DNA from: Octopus vulgaris
Taxonomy: Eukaryota
Length of the DNA stretch: 64,000 bases
NCBI GenBank assembly: GCA_951406725.2
Contig: OX597836.1
Location: 21,700,001-21,764,000 of the forward strand
Direction: 5' to 3'
Position numbers and translations under genes: made by a program
In this document: piece after piece, positions 29,561 to 42,477 of the stretch
How the letters are laid out: every line of letters starts with the position of its first letter
How positions within the stretch are numbered: the stretch's first letter is position 1
The notes under the pieces: generated by a model
Told to the model about the DNA's origin: nothing
Database searches by the model: none
What the model saw: only the letters and a program-made list of their open reading frames with translations

Positions 29561-30260
29561 GGACTAGGAAATGACAAGAATACGGAATTCAAAGGTAATT
29601 GACAGTAATGTTTCTTGGTAACAATGGCAATATATTGCGAAAGAGTTTATATCTATCAAAAAGTGTGATTGCCGTGAGGGGTAAGAAAAAAACCGACGTT
29701 TCGGACATTCGTCATTTTTCTAAAACTCGCGACGAACTTTTTACTCCATGCGACAATCATACCTATTAACAGTTATAAACTCTTTTGAAATATATTGAAA
29801 ATGTAATATACTGAGTTGAATGACATATTTAAAAACCAATAACAACAACCCCCAAAGCCATGGAAACGAAATAAAGCACAAAATAAAAGCAAATGGATAT
29901 TTATTTATTTAGAATCATGGACATGAATAAATATGAAAATATGTCTTTTTTTATAAAAACAGGCAACATGTTCGAGATATATATTTTTAGAAGAAAAAAG
30001 ATATCGCGTGTGTGTGTAATGTGTATATGTGAGCGTGTATATTTTATAGACGTATATCTATACACATGTATATGTAATATATACATGCATATATACATAT
30101 ATAGGCGTGTGTATACATAAGAATACATATGTACCCACACACGTATGCATGCATACACACATATATGTGGTTTTATTTACATGCGTATGTCTATGTGTGT
30201 ATGAATGCATATATATATATGCATATATATATATGTGTGTGTTTGTATGTATGTATATTC

Positions 30261-30298
<38 letters not shown>

Positions 30299-30299
30299 G

Positions 30300-30369
<70 letters not shown>

Positions 30370-30924
30370 GGTATTTCATAACGAGGAGAAATGAACTCAA
30401 TTCCAGGAGAGTGCGTAATGGCAGTTGTATTTTGACTGCGTTATGCCGTGTGGTCGTCAACAAAGGAAAGGGTGAGATTCCGGTGCCATCTTAGACTAAG
30501 TTACTACATTTGTTTTTACAATCACAGATTGATAATTCCAGTTGGGATAAAGTGACCATCTTTAAGGAATTAACTGTAATCGCATAACGCATTAGCTGTG
30601 TATGTGTATGTGTGTACTTACATAGCGGTGATCTCGAACCCAATCACCTGAAGACATGCAGCTACACAGGTACTGTTGAATCATATTAATGTAATATTGC
30701 GTAAACTATGTGAAATACTCAGCGATTACCAGCTGGTACTAATGCGCGGAAACAATTGTAGTGATTTGGATAAAAGCCTTTCCATTCCATCTTCTTGTAA
30801 TATAATTATTTTATATATGCATACATACACACGCACACTCGCACACACACACACGCAAACACACACACATATATTATAATGTGTGTGTGTTTATATATGT
30901 ATGGTGTATACTTATACATGATGT

Positions 30925-30956
<32 letters not shown>

Positions 30957-31206
30957 GTAACATATATGTAACACACGTACATATGAATATATATATATAT
31001 ATATGTAACATATATGTAACACACGTACATATGAATATATATATATATATGTAACATATATGTAATATACGTACATATGAATATATATATATATATATAC
31101 ACAACTCAAACATATATATAGATATACAAATACATGAACACATATATGCATGCATACATATGCATATATACGCACAACACATACACAAATTTGCACAAAT
31201 ACACAT

Positions 31207-31239
<33 letters not shown>

Positions 31240-31559
31240 CATATAAACACACGCCCGCACGGACACATAAATACACACATGCTGAAATCGTTGCTTGGTC
31301 GAAATGTTAACCTGAATCCTACCAAACATAATATTTATTTCGATATGACTAAAGAGAAAGAGAGAGAGAGAGAGAGGGAGAGAGAACGGGAGAAAGAGAA
31401 CAAAAAGAAAAAAAAACAAAACAAAAGAAATACCAAAAAATAACAACAAAAATATTTTTTAAGCTATTTATTATTAAAATGATGTGAAACGAGAAAAAAA
31501 AATTAAACCAAAAAATTGTGTTGTTTTTTTTTTGTTTTTGTGTTGTAATATCAATTTTT

Positions 31560-31614
31560 TGATGATGACAATGATGCTGATTGATAATGATGACGATATT
31601 GATAATGATGATAG

Positions 31615-31670
<56 letters not shown>

Positions 31671-31738
31671 ATGATGGTGATGATGATGATGATGATGTGA
31701 TGATGATGGTGGTGATGATTATGATGATGATGATGATC

Positions 31739-31772
<34 letters not shown>

Positions 31773-32009
31773 GCTGATGATGATGTTGATGATGTGATGA
31801 TGATGATGGTGGTGATGGTGAGGATGCTAATGAGTATGATGATGATGATGATCATCATCATCGTCGTAATCATCAGCATCATCATCATCGCCGTCGTGGT
31901 TGTCATCTTCATCATCACAATCACCAACATTTTCGTCGACGTCATCATCATCGAGTTGTCACAATTATCATCATCATCATCGTCATCATCATCATCTTCA
32001 TCATCATCG

Positions 32010-32053
<44 letters not shown>

Positions 32054-32125
32054 GTCGTCGTCGTCATCGTCGTCGTCGTTGTCGTCGGCGTTGTCATCAG
32101 CGTCATCATCATGAACGTCATCATC
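31560..32125. repeat. (GAT)n tract switching to its complement (ATC)n near 31850
   Basis: Direct reading. Confidence 0.9.
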
Positions 32126-32199
32126 ACCAATATAATCATGGTTTCTAAATAAGTCAAAAGACTGAAATTTTAACGAGAGAGAGAGTTAGTTGAGGCTCT

Positions 32200-32710
32200 C
32201 GTCCTCTAGCATGTAATTAGTACTTTACTTTATCAACTCCAAATGGATGAAAGTTGACTTCGGCGAAATTTGAACCTAAAACGGAAAGAGTTGAACAGTA
32301 AAAAGTTACATTCAGTCAATCCACTACCTTTATGATAATAATGATTATAATGTTTTCAATTTTGAGTACAAGGCCAGCGGTTGTAAGTGAGCAGGGAATT
32401 GAGTACATCAACCCCACTACTTCACTGGCACTTATTTTCGCGAGCCCCAAAGGATAAAAGTCGTAAGTCGACCTAGGCAGCATTTGAACTCAGAACGTAA
32501 GGTGCTACGAAAAATAGTGGTTTAAAAATGTTGGCACAAGACCAGTACTTTCGGGAGAGGAAGAAGTCAATTACATCAACCCCAATACTGAGCTAGTATC
32601 TATTTTATCCATCCTGAAAAGGATAAAAGGCAAAGTCGATCCCAGCGAAATTTCAGCTCAGAACGTACGGACGAAATGCTCAGCAGTATTTCGTCCAGCG
32701 TACTTTCGTC
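32200..32710 (-). mobile_element. Three tandem degraded SINE family A-related copies
   Basis: Repeated ggat(g/a)aaa...gtcgacc...tttgaactcagaacg cores at ~32245, ~32452, ~32621. Confidence 0.65.
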
Positions 32711-32800
32711 CCCCACACTTTATGCCTGTCTTTGTATTTTTCCCCTCATCCTTCGACCTTGTGGCCAATGAAAGAATTTATCCTCCTCCTCATCATCATC

Positions 32801-32886
<86 letters not shown>

Positions 32887-32911
32887 AGCAGTGAATTGCC
32901 AACTCGCTGCT

Positions 32912-32975
<64 letters not shown>

Positions 32976-33088
32976 TGATGATGAGGAGGAGGAGAGAGGA
33001 GGAGAGGAGGATGAGGATAAATTCTTTCATTGGCCACAAGGTCGAAGGATGAGGGGGAAAAGACAAAGACAGGCATAAAGTGTGGGGG
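32711..33088. repeat. ~380 bp hairpin: inverted copy of a LINE 3' end plus microsatellite, loop about 10-15 nt
   Basis: 32711-32783 is the reverse complement of 33015-33088; (ATT)n faces (AAT)n; centre aaagcag-tgaattgccaactcg-ctgcttt. Confidence 0.93.
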
Positions 33089-33774
33089 GTTTACACAATG
33101 GAATGATAAAAAAAAAACGGGAAAGAAAGTAAGTGTACACGGTATACACTGAAAAAGAAGGGACGTATGCATAGCATACAAAGGTTAAAAAAGGGTGGCG
33201 GAGCGGGTGATAGAGATGTGGCCCTCCTGATACATGAAGGCCTCTATGGGTAATCGAGGAAACCCATTGTCCGGGATTTATCTGAAACCCCATGTGCAAT
33301 GTTCTCTCCAATTCGTTCGTGCCGTCTCACAGGTCAACACTTAGAGATGTACCATCCACTCTTGCCATTTTCGCAGCTTTCATTCACCTTTCAATAAACT
33401 CACTGGAAGACAGCACTTCCCTCTCCACTCTCACTTTCCTTCATTGATTTCCATAAAGAAGTCAATGAGAGCTCTACCAAAGAGAAACGTATCTGTCCTC
33501 ATGCCTTACAGCCTTGTCCATCAAACAACCCATTTGGCCACAGCCACCAGGCGAAGGAAAATTGCCTTGCCTGTCCGATTGAAGGAGGGCGGCGGTGCAA
33601 TCGTCATTACAGACTCGCCCGACAGACGGATCCGTCGCACACGCGACAGCAGCTGTTCGACATAACCCCACAAGTCAGCAATGCCCGCACACTGAACAAG
33701 GGTGTGCAGAACGGGTTCGTCACTCTGCGCGCACCTCGGCCCGTCTGACAGCACATTTGTGTCTGTAGAGTTTA
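33018..33774 (-). mobile_element. 5'-truncated Tx1/L1-like LINE (ORF2 C-terminal zinc knuckle plus 3' UTR), degraded
   Basis: PRCAQSDEPVLHTLVQC (degenerate CCHC), then RKVRVEREVLSS...MARVDGTSLSVDL* (stop at 33327); 3' tail gaccttgtggccaatgaaagaattt. Confidence 0.75.
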
Positions 33775-33791
33775 TGATAATAATAATAATG

Positions 33792-33864
<73 letters not shown>

Positions 33865-33866
<2 letters not shown>

Positions 33867-34620
33867 GTCGGCATTATAAAATCAAAACCGCTGACAAATG
33901 GTATAAACACCATCCTGAAGCTGTGACTGAGGGAGAAATTGTGTCGATTCTATGGGACTTCCCCGTACAGACCGACAAAACTACAAAAGCTTATAAACCG
34001 GATATTATTATAAAAGATCAGACAAAAAATATGTGTTTATTAATTGACATGAGTATTCCTTGCGATCACAATATAGCGGCGAAAGAATTTGACAAGATTA
34101 GTAAATATAAAGACTTGCTAATAGAAATTGAAAAAATGTGGCATCTCAAGGCGACTACAGTACCAGTGATTGTAGGATCTCTAGGAATGATAAAAAAAGG
34201 TACTGAAACCTATTTGAAAATGATTCCAGGCTTACCATCCATACAGGAAGTGCAAAAAATCGTGTTAACTGGAACGGCTCATGTACTTAGAAGAGCATTA
34301 TCGCTGTGAAAACAACATCCATCCATGAATTTATTAATTTATTAATTTTTAAATACATATTTTATCTGTGAATTTGCGTGTGTAATCTGGGAATGCATAC
34401 AATGAGCTTCTCTACCCTAGGTGTATGGAAAACACTCGGCGAAAAACGGAAGATAATCGCTGTGAAAACAACATCCATCCATGAATTTATTAATTTATTA
34501 ATTCTTGAATACATATTTTATCTGTGAATTTGGGCGTGTAATCTGGGAATGCATACAATGAGCTTCTCTACCCTAGGTGTATGGAAAACACTCGGCGAGA
34601 AACGGAAGAAAATTTGAAAA
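33865..34620 (+). mobile_element. 5'-truncated R4/Dong-like retrotransposon, family 1, with duplicated 3' UTR
   Basis: WYKHHPE...ILWDFPVQTD...KPDIII...LLIDMSIP...KISKYKDL (PD-(D/E)xK RLE); ORF open to 34309; (AAT)n on both sides. Confidence 0.9.
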
Positions 34621-34648
34621 TAATAATAATAACAATAATAACAATGAT

Positions 34649-34721
<73 letters not shown>

Positions 34722-34731
34722 GTAATAATAA

Positions 34732-35320
34732 TATATTCACAGACATGACAGAGTTGGAACCTACATACATTGGAAGCTATGCCAACATTATGGAATAACA
34801 ACAGAAAAAAGATGGTATAGGCACACACCAGAAAAGGTCACAGAAAACGAGAAAGTAACCATACTCTGGGATATGCCGATACACACAGATAGAGAAATTA
34901 AGGCCAACAGACCAGATATAGTTGTCAGAGATCATGAAGAAAAAAAATGCTTTCTAATTGATGTATCAATACCGGCAGATGACAACGTGTCTCTAAAAGA
35001 AATAGAGAAACTCTCAAAATACAAAGACCTGGAAATAGAGGTAACTAGAATGTGGAATCTGAAAACAGAAACAATTCCTATCATAGTAGGTGCATTAGGC
35101 ACGATAAAAAAATATTCAGACAAATACATAACAAAAACACCAGGACTTACAAACACATATAACATACAGAAAATTGCACTACTAGGCACTGCACACATCC
35201 TACGCAGAACACTTTCCATACAATAACCATCAGAGCATCACAACAAATCACAGCACATACCCAAGGCACACAGAGCTGCGCTCGGTAGTGAAGTGAAAGC
35301 ACGCTATGAAAATAAAACTA

Positions 35321-35323
<3 letters not shown>
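34732..35323 (+). mobile_element. 5'-truncated R4/Dong-like retrotransposon, family 2
   Basis: YIHRHDRVGTYIHWKLCQHYG...ILWDMPIHTD...RPDIVV...LIDVSIP...KLSKYKDL; RHD and PD..D..K motifs, no stops to 35226; (AAT)n on both sides. Confidence 0.92.
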
Positions 35324-35394
<71 letters not shown>

Positions 35395-35396
<2 letters not shown>

Positions 35397-35953
35397 GCCC
35401 TGATGCAGTGCCAGGCAGCGGCTCTCGTGGCTTCTGATCTTAACTGATTGGAAGTGTTATCATGTACATTGTTTTGTCTTGGTATAAAAGATGGGCTACA
35501 GTAAATATCCTGCTCAATACCACAGATTTGCTTGTCAGTTGTTTGACCTTAACCAGTTGACCATGTCCCTTAGTGGCTGGCGATATGTGCATCTCTGATC
35601 ACGCGCAGAAGTAGTTGGGGAGCACCATAGCCATGTGTTAAGAAGCATTCTTTGGGGTTTGAATAATTCACCTCTGGAAACATGGGTGTTTCGTTCAACA
35701 TCCTTAAACAACCCTTATTCAGAGACCTTTTGAGCGGCATGGGTTACTCAACCAGAAGAAAATTCTAATTGGGCCCCACCTGCGAGGTTATGTGCTGTTT
35801 ATCTTGATATGAGATCACCATGTCGCGCGCATATGGTTGTGATGCATGTGCCCAGTGTACCCTTATCAGACGGGTAGTCATGATGGGTATATTGGGCTTC
35901 GTATATTTGTACACCCCACTGTCACTTTGATGGCATACACTGCTCTCTCACTC
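35395..35953 (+). mobile_element. ~560 bp non-coding (AAT)n-embedded element, full length
   Basis: Starts atgccctgatgcag, ends ctctcactc; same ends as 41922-42477; strand assigned by analogy with Dong polarity. Confidence 0.88.
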
Positions 35954-36244
35954 AATAATAATAATAATAATAATAATGCTTTCAAATTTTCGCATAAGGC
36001 CAGCAATTGTAAGGGGGGCAGAAGTCGATTACATCACTCCCCCCTATACTTGGCTAGTACTTATTTTATCGACCCTGAAAGGATGAAAGTCAAAGTTGAC
36101 CTTGGCAGCATTTGAACTTAAAACGTTAGAATGTAATGAGTTGCAAGAACGTTAATGACCATTAATTTGAGGGGAGGGGCAAGACAATTGCACACATCCA
36201 GAACTTGACAGGTACTTTACTTTTTTAAAAAATATATGTGCCCT

Positions 36245-36485
36245 ATGTAAAGCCTAGCCTGGCTCATGGGCCCGGTTTCCCGGTTTCTATGATGTATGCG
36301 TTCCCCAGCTGGACGGGATGCCAGTCCATCACAGCATTACTCATTTTTGCCAGCTGAGTGGACTGGAGTAACGTGAAATGAAGTGTTTTGCTCAAGAACA
36401 CAACGCACTGCCCGGTCCAGGAATCGAAAGCACAATCTTACGATCATGAGGCTGACACCCTAACCACTAAGCCACGCGCCTCCAC
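36245..36485 (-). mobile_element. tRNA-derived CORE-like SINE with the tail type seen at 25236
   Basis: Minus head tggaggcgcgtggcttagtggttagggtg; body gttcttgagcaaaacactt; tail gatggactggcatcccgtccag...gaaaccgggaaaccggg. Confidence 0.8.
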
Positions 36486-37528
36486 TGGTGCTTTATTTTA
36501 GGAACTTTAAAAAGATGAAAGTCAGCCTCAGCGGAATTTGAACTCAGGCATTTTGTCCGGCACAGTAACGGTTCTTCCAGCTGGCCATGTTTCAAAAACA
36601 AACTTCCAATTTTGGCACTAGGCCAGCAATTTTGTGCTCAACCCGAGTGCTCAACTGACACTTATTTTATCGGCCCTGAAAGGATCAAAACGAAGTTGAT
36701 CTCAGCAGAATTTGAACTAAGAGTGTCAAGAGTTTGAAGAAATAATAACGTGGGAGAGAAGGAACAAATGAGGGAACCTTTAGGTGCCCTTTCGAATTTC
36801 AAGAAATAACAGCCAATTATACGTCAGATCCAAGGCAGTTTTAGAGCACACTCTCTAAATATTATGAAAGACAATATTAAAGAAGATACTATGGCGGCAA
36901 GCTTTCAGAACCGTTTGCACACCGGGCAAAATGCTTAGCGACATTTCGTCTGTCTTTACGTGCCACCGAGGTCAACTTTGCTTTTCATCCTTTCAGGGTC
37001 GATAAAATAAGTACCAATTGAACACTGAGGTCGTTGCAATCGAATTACGAAATTGCTGGCCTCTCCCGAAATTGCTGGCCTTGTGCCAAAATTTGAAATC
37101 AATATTTAAAAAGACACTTGCTTAAGGTGCTCTACAACGGGGTCGAACTGGTAAACACAGGATTACAAAATGAAATGGTTAACCCTGACTGCCATTGCTT
37201 TCTCTCAAATACTAAATTCAATTCCATTCAACTCCAGACATTCCTGCAGTTTCTGCAGTTCACATTAGATTTGTTCCACTTGCTATAATAAGATTTGTCG
37301 GAATATTTCGAGGAAAATTCTTGGATTCTCGAAAATCACCAACCAAATCTATTTCGTTTTGTTTTTTGTTTTGTTTTATTTGTTTTTAATTTTGTCTTGT
37401 TTTACCTCAGATAATGATAATTGACATAACATCCTTAAAATACTGTCTCCTCCACCTCCTCCTCGTTATTATTATTATTATTATTATTATTATTGTTATT
37501 ATTATTATTGTTATTTTTATTATTATTA

Positions 37529-37601
<73 letters not shown>

Positions 37602-38811
37602 GTTGCTGTTTATAATTATTTGTCTATTGTTGATGCTGTTGTGTTTTGTTCATCTCCTCGCTCCCTCTCTCTGTGTCTCTGTTTGTTTGTCTCTCTATCT
37701 ATCTCTATTTATTTCTGACACCCCCTTCTTTCTCTCTCTCTCTCTCTCTTTTCATCTCTCTCTCTCTCTCTCCCTCTCTCTCTGCTGTGACGTACATAAC
37801 CCTATACCATCGCCTTTATTTGCCAAAATAACGCTGTTGCATTGGTCGCGGTAGATTTCGCATCTATATATATATATATACTTCTTTTGCAAAGGTGTAC
37901 GGCAGGGCGCGGTGTTGTTTCATCACAGCTTGAAAATATACACATCAAAGAAATGAAACTAACATCAAAGGACCAGAAATAAAACAACAACAACAACAAC
38001 AACGCAACAACAACAACAACAACATAACAACATCAACAACATTCACGCAGAACAAAATAACGGCACCTACAATGTCGACGACGACGACGACGATGATGAT
38101 GATGACGATGATGGCGTCATTAACAAAAGCAACAACAATTGTTTATACGAGAGAGATCTTTTACAGAGTCATTAAAAATGCTAGAAATTGCAACCAAATC
38201 ACAATGGACTGTCTTAGAAATTAGAACACAACAGATTGGACAATCCTGGGTTTCCCCTCTACCTCCACCTCTCTTTCTTCATGTGCTCCATCCCTGTTTT
38301 ACTGGCATCAGCAACACAGACCTTCACACCAAAGACTGAAGATTCCTAATCTTTCTTAAAGAAGACAACAGTGGTTCTCCGTTGTCTATTGCCAGTTTAT
38401 CATCAGATTACTCTGGTCATATCCCGATACTCTTCTGAGATTACCCTCGAGGATCTGAGCCTATTTAATCCTTAAACAGAGTGGTTGGTCTCACCTGATA
38501 CCTAGATATGGCATGTATACATATCCATAGAATCTGTGTGACACATGTCTTGGAGTCAGTCTTCCTCCGAGTCTTGTATGTCATAGCCACAGAGCTATTT
38601 TCTGCTATTTGATGCATACCTGGGGGAAGGAAGGCTTTGGCAATAGCTACCACTTCGGACAAGAGCAGGTATGGAAGTAGCGATGACTAAGGGTTATCTT
38701 GCATAGTCCGACCCTCCTCAATTCATGAACTCTTGAGCAGGAATTTTACCAGCGAATGCAATTCAATGTTTTGCCAGAATCTTTGTCTAACAACAAAGAA
38801 AATATTAAATA

Positions 38812-39113
38812 CTAGCAGTATCGCCCGGCGTTGCTCGGGTTTGTAAGGGAAATAACTATATAAGCATTTTTAGAGTGTTACTTCCCTTATATAATAGCAA
38901 AAAACTGCATTAAAAATGGGAAAAAAATGATGGTAATTATTTTTTTTAAAATCGTAGACTCATCGTAGACGCGCGCTAATACCCAGAAGGGCTCGATATG
39001 AATCACGACTATAAGATACCCGCTTTTGGTTAAACTGCACCGCAAAATGTGGGAGTAGTTAGGAATCTAAATCGTAGGAGACAGACACACAACTTCACTT
39101 TTATATATAAAGA
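38812..39113 (-). mobile_element. Non-autonomous Helitron-like element
   Basis: Minus strand starts TC after A, ends with hairpin cccgagcaacgccggg then CTAG before T; no TSD; second copy at 61089. Confidence 0.8.
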
Positions 39114-39707
39114 TTAAAAGTAAACCCTCCTTAACGCACACGACCATAATGATCCATGCACATAGCTGGTAGCCCTACCATAAAAATTTGCAGTCTGACG
39201 AGGCTGATAAGCAGTAAAACTTCGAATTCATTAAACGTACGCCACTTCACGTGCGATGAGTTTTTTTTTTTTTAGTTCCTTAGTTTATGTTCTTTGCTTT
39301 TATGTTTATCAAAAAAACCCTCCTTTCTCGATCAAATTTGTTGATTACATTTGTCACAATGTACAGTGAAAGTTATAAACTTCATAACTCCATCTATTAT
39401 ATTGCCCATACTTGTGCAACACCTTGTCTTAGGATCACCATGCTTTTATAACAAGGAACAATAGCAACAAATACATATTACACTACACACCATAAAATAA
39501 AGCAAGATAGAAAAATACTTGTAGATAATACACCCATACTGTATAAAATTCTTTACCAAAATAGAAGCTTAATCATAGAAGCAAAACTTATACCGCCACA
39601 CAAAGCTAAAATAATCTCACAAACAACACACATCTGAAAATCAACGTGTCACTACTGACGTAGAAGTCTAACCGTGAAAATCCTAGAATGGTAAAGCCTA
39701 CTAAGTT

Positions 39708-40318
<611 letters not shown>

Positions 40319-40406
40319 AAGCACTATCGGTTATGCAGTATACCTTATGTTACCCTCCTCAGTTTCGTACATGATGTTGTCAGGCGACAATATTGAAACA
40401 CTACTT

Positions 40407-40592
40407 CGGCCGTATTTCGTCTGCCGTTACGTTCTGAGTTCAAATTCCGCCGAGGTCGACTTTGCCTTTCATCCTTTCGGGTCGATAAATTAAGTACCAG
40501 TTACGCACTGAGGTCGATGCAATCGACTTAATCCGTTTGGCTGTCCTTGTTTGTCCCATCTGTGTTTAGCCCCTTGTGGGTAGTAAAGAAAT
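40407..40592 (+). mobile_element. SINE family A, 5'-truncated
   Basis: Matches ~2300-2482; TSD-like atattgaaacact at ~40390 and ~40595. Confidence 0.88.
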
Positions 40593-41164
40593 ATATATTG
40601 AAACACTTCAGATATGCAAGCCGGAATTGCATAGCCTTTTTTATGCTGCAAACGCATGAACTTCAACTCATTTCGGTGATGATAAAAAGTGGAAAAATAA
40701 TTTTCTTCCGGAGAATAGTTATTCCTCGTGGATTAACCAAGGGTGAAGCGTGTAAGCTGTGTGGGTATATTTCTGATAAAAAAAAAAAAAGAAAAACCGG
40801 ATATCACCACGTCACCATGCATCGCCAATGAATAACATCTATCGACAGGAAGTAACTCTTTTATTTCTTCGGAAAATATTTTTGCCGCATTTTGCCACCT
40901 TCGATCCAAACTAGAATCTATGTACTTCTGTTATAACAGAATATATGCACTTCAGACCGGTTTGTCTGAACAGTGGTCAATATTGTCTAGTGACAATATT
41001 TGGTACGAAGCCAACGCTAAAATTCTGGCCAATTAAGTGCCACTATTAGTAAGATATTCGTTGAAGATGTAAAAAAAAAATGTATAACCGATTTGTTACT
41101 TATATTGGGTATGTATTTTTTCTTGAATTATTGACAACTAACATAAGTTCTATCTATCTATCTG

Positions 41165-41210
<46 letters not shown>

Positions 41211-41211
<1 letters not shown>

Positions 41212-41458
41212 GTCTCGAACTGTCTGAGGTGACCTTGGTCTTTTTTGTAGGTTTTTCTTTCCAGGGCTACACCTAAACTGTGAACTTTATTTATATATAT
41301 ATATTATATTTTTATACACCACACAACCCACAGATCCTTATTGGTCGAACGTTTCTTTTTCTTTGTGTCCCACCCATCCCACCTCGAAAAGAAAAAACTC
41401 TATATTGTATTTCGTCCATTTTTATTGTGTTTAGCCCTGTGTGGCCACAATAAAGAGT
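41211..41458 (+). mobile_element. Putative Tx1-like 3' UTR fragment embedded in (TATC/TGTC)n
   Basis: Tail tgtgtttagccctgtgtggccacaataaagagtta resembles the tails at 18282 and 33018; tetranucleotide repeat on both sides. Confidence 0.5.
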
Positions 41459-41554
41459 TATCTGTCTGTCTGTCTGTCTATCCGTCTGTCTGTCTGTCTA
41501 TCCATCCATCCATCCATCCATCCATCCATCCATCTATCTATCTATCTATCTATA

Positions 41555-41589
<35 letters not shown>

Positions 41590-41872
41590 TTGTGTGTCTG
41601 TTTCCCTATAATTTTTTTTTTTAATGTGTGAGGGAGAGTGTATATATCTATATATAACCATGCCAAAGATCTATAATCTTTTAAGGGATGTTTGCATCCT
41701 AGTTCTCCTGTTCAGTGAAAACTAAATGCTTAAATTTTGCATTGGTATTTAAAATATTTATGAATAAGAAAAGGAAGAAAGAGAAATTGACGTGATAAAC
41801 TCATGTCTATACGTCAATTTCTTTATTTTCTTCTTTTTCTCATTCATTCATTCATATATAATAATAATAATG

Positions 41873-41921
<49 letters not shown>

Positions 41922-41923
<2 letters not shown>

Positions 41924-42477
41924 GCCCTGATGCAGTACCAGGCAGTGGCTCTCATGGCTTCTGATCTTAACTGATTGGAAGTGTTATCATGTACATTGTT
42001 TTGTCTTTGTATAAAAGATGGGCTACAGCAAATATTCTGCTCAATACCACATATTTGCTTGTCAGTTGTTTGACCTTAACCAGTTGAGCATGTCCCTTAG
42101 TGGCTGACGATATGTGCATCTCTGATCACGAGCAGAAGTAGTGGGGGAGCACCATAGCCATGTGTTGAGAGGGATTCTTTGGGGTTTGAATAATTCACCT
42201 CTGGAAACATGGGTGGTTCTTTCAACATCCTTAAACAACCCTTATTCAGGGACCTTTTGAGCGGGATGGGCTACTCAACCTGAAGAAAATTCTAACTGGG
42301 CCCCACCTGCAAGGTCATGTGCTGTTTATCTTGATATGAGATCACCATGTCGCGCACATATGGTTGTGATGCATGTGCCTGGTGTACCCTTATCAGACGG
42401 GTAGTCATGATGGGTATATTGGGCTTCGTATATTTTACCCCAGTGTCGCTTTAATGGCATGAACTGCTCTCTCACTC
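41922..42477 (+). mobile_element. ~560 bp non-coding (AAT)n-embedded element, full length
   Basis: Highly similar to 35395-35953; (AAT)n on both sides. Confidence 0.9.

Noticed and set aside
30945-31100. Three ~45 bp tandem units
   Set aside because: Built from (TA)-rich microsatellite slippage; no sign of function.
33865-35226. Host nuclease genes or a restriction system
   Set aside because: No start or RT domain, 5'-truncated, LINE-like 3' UTRs; these are retrotransposon RLE fragments.
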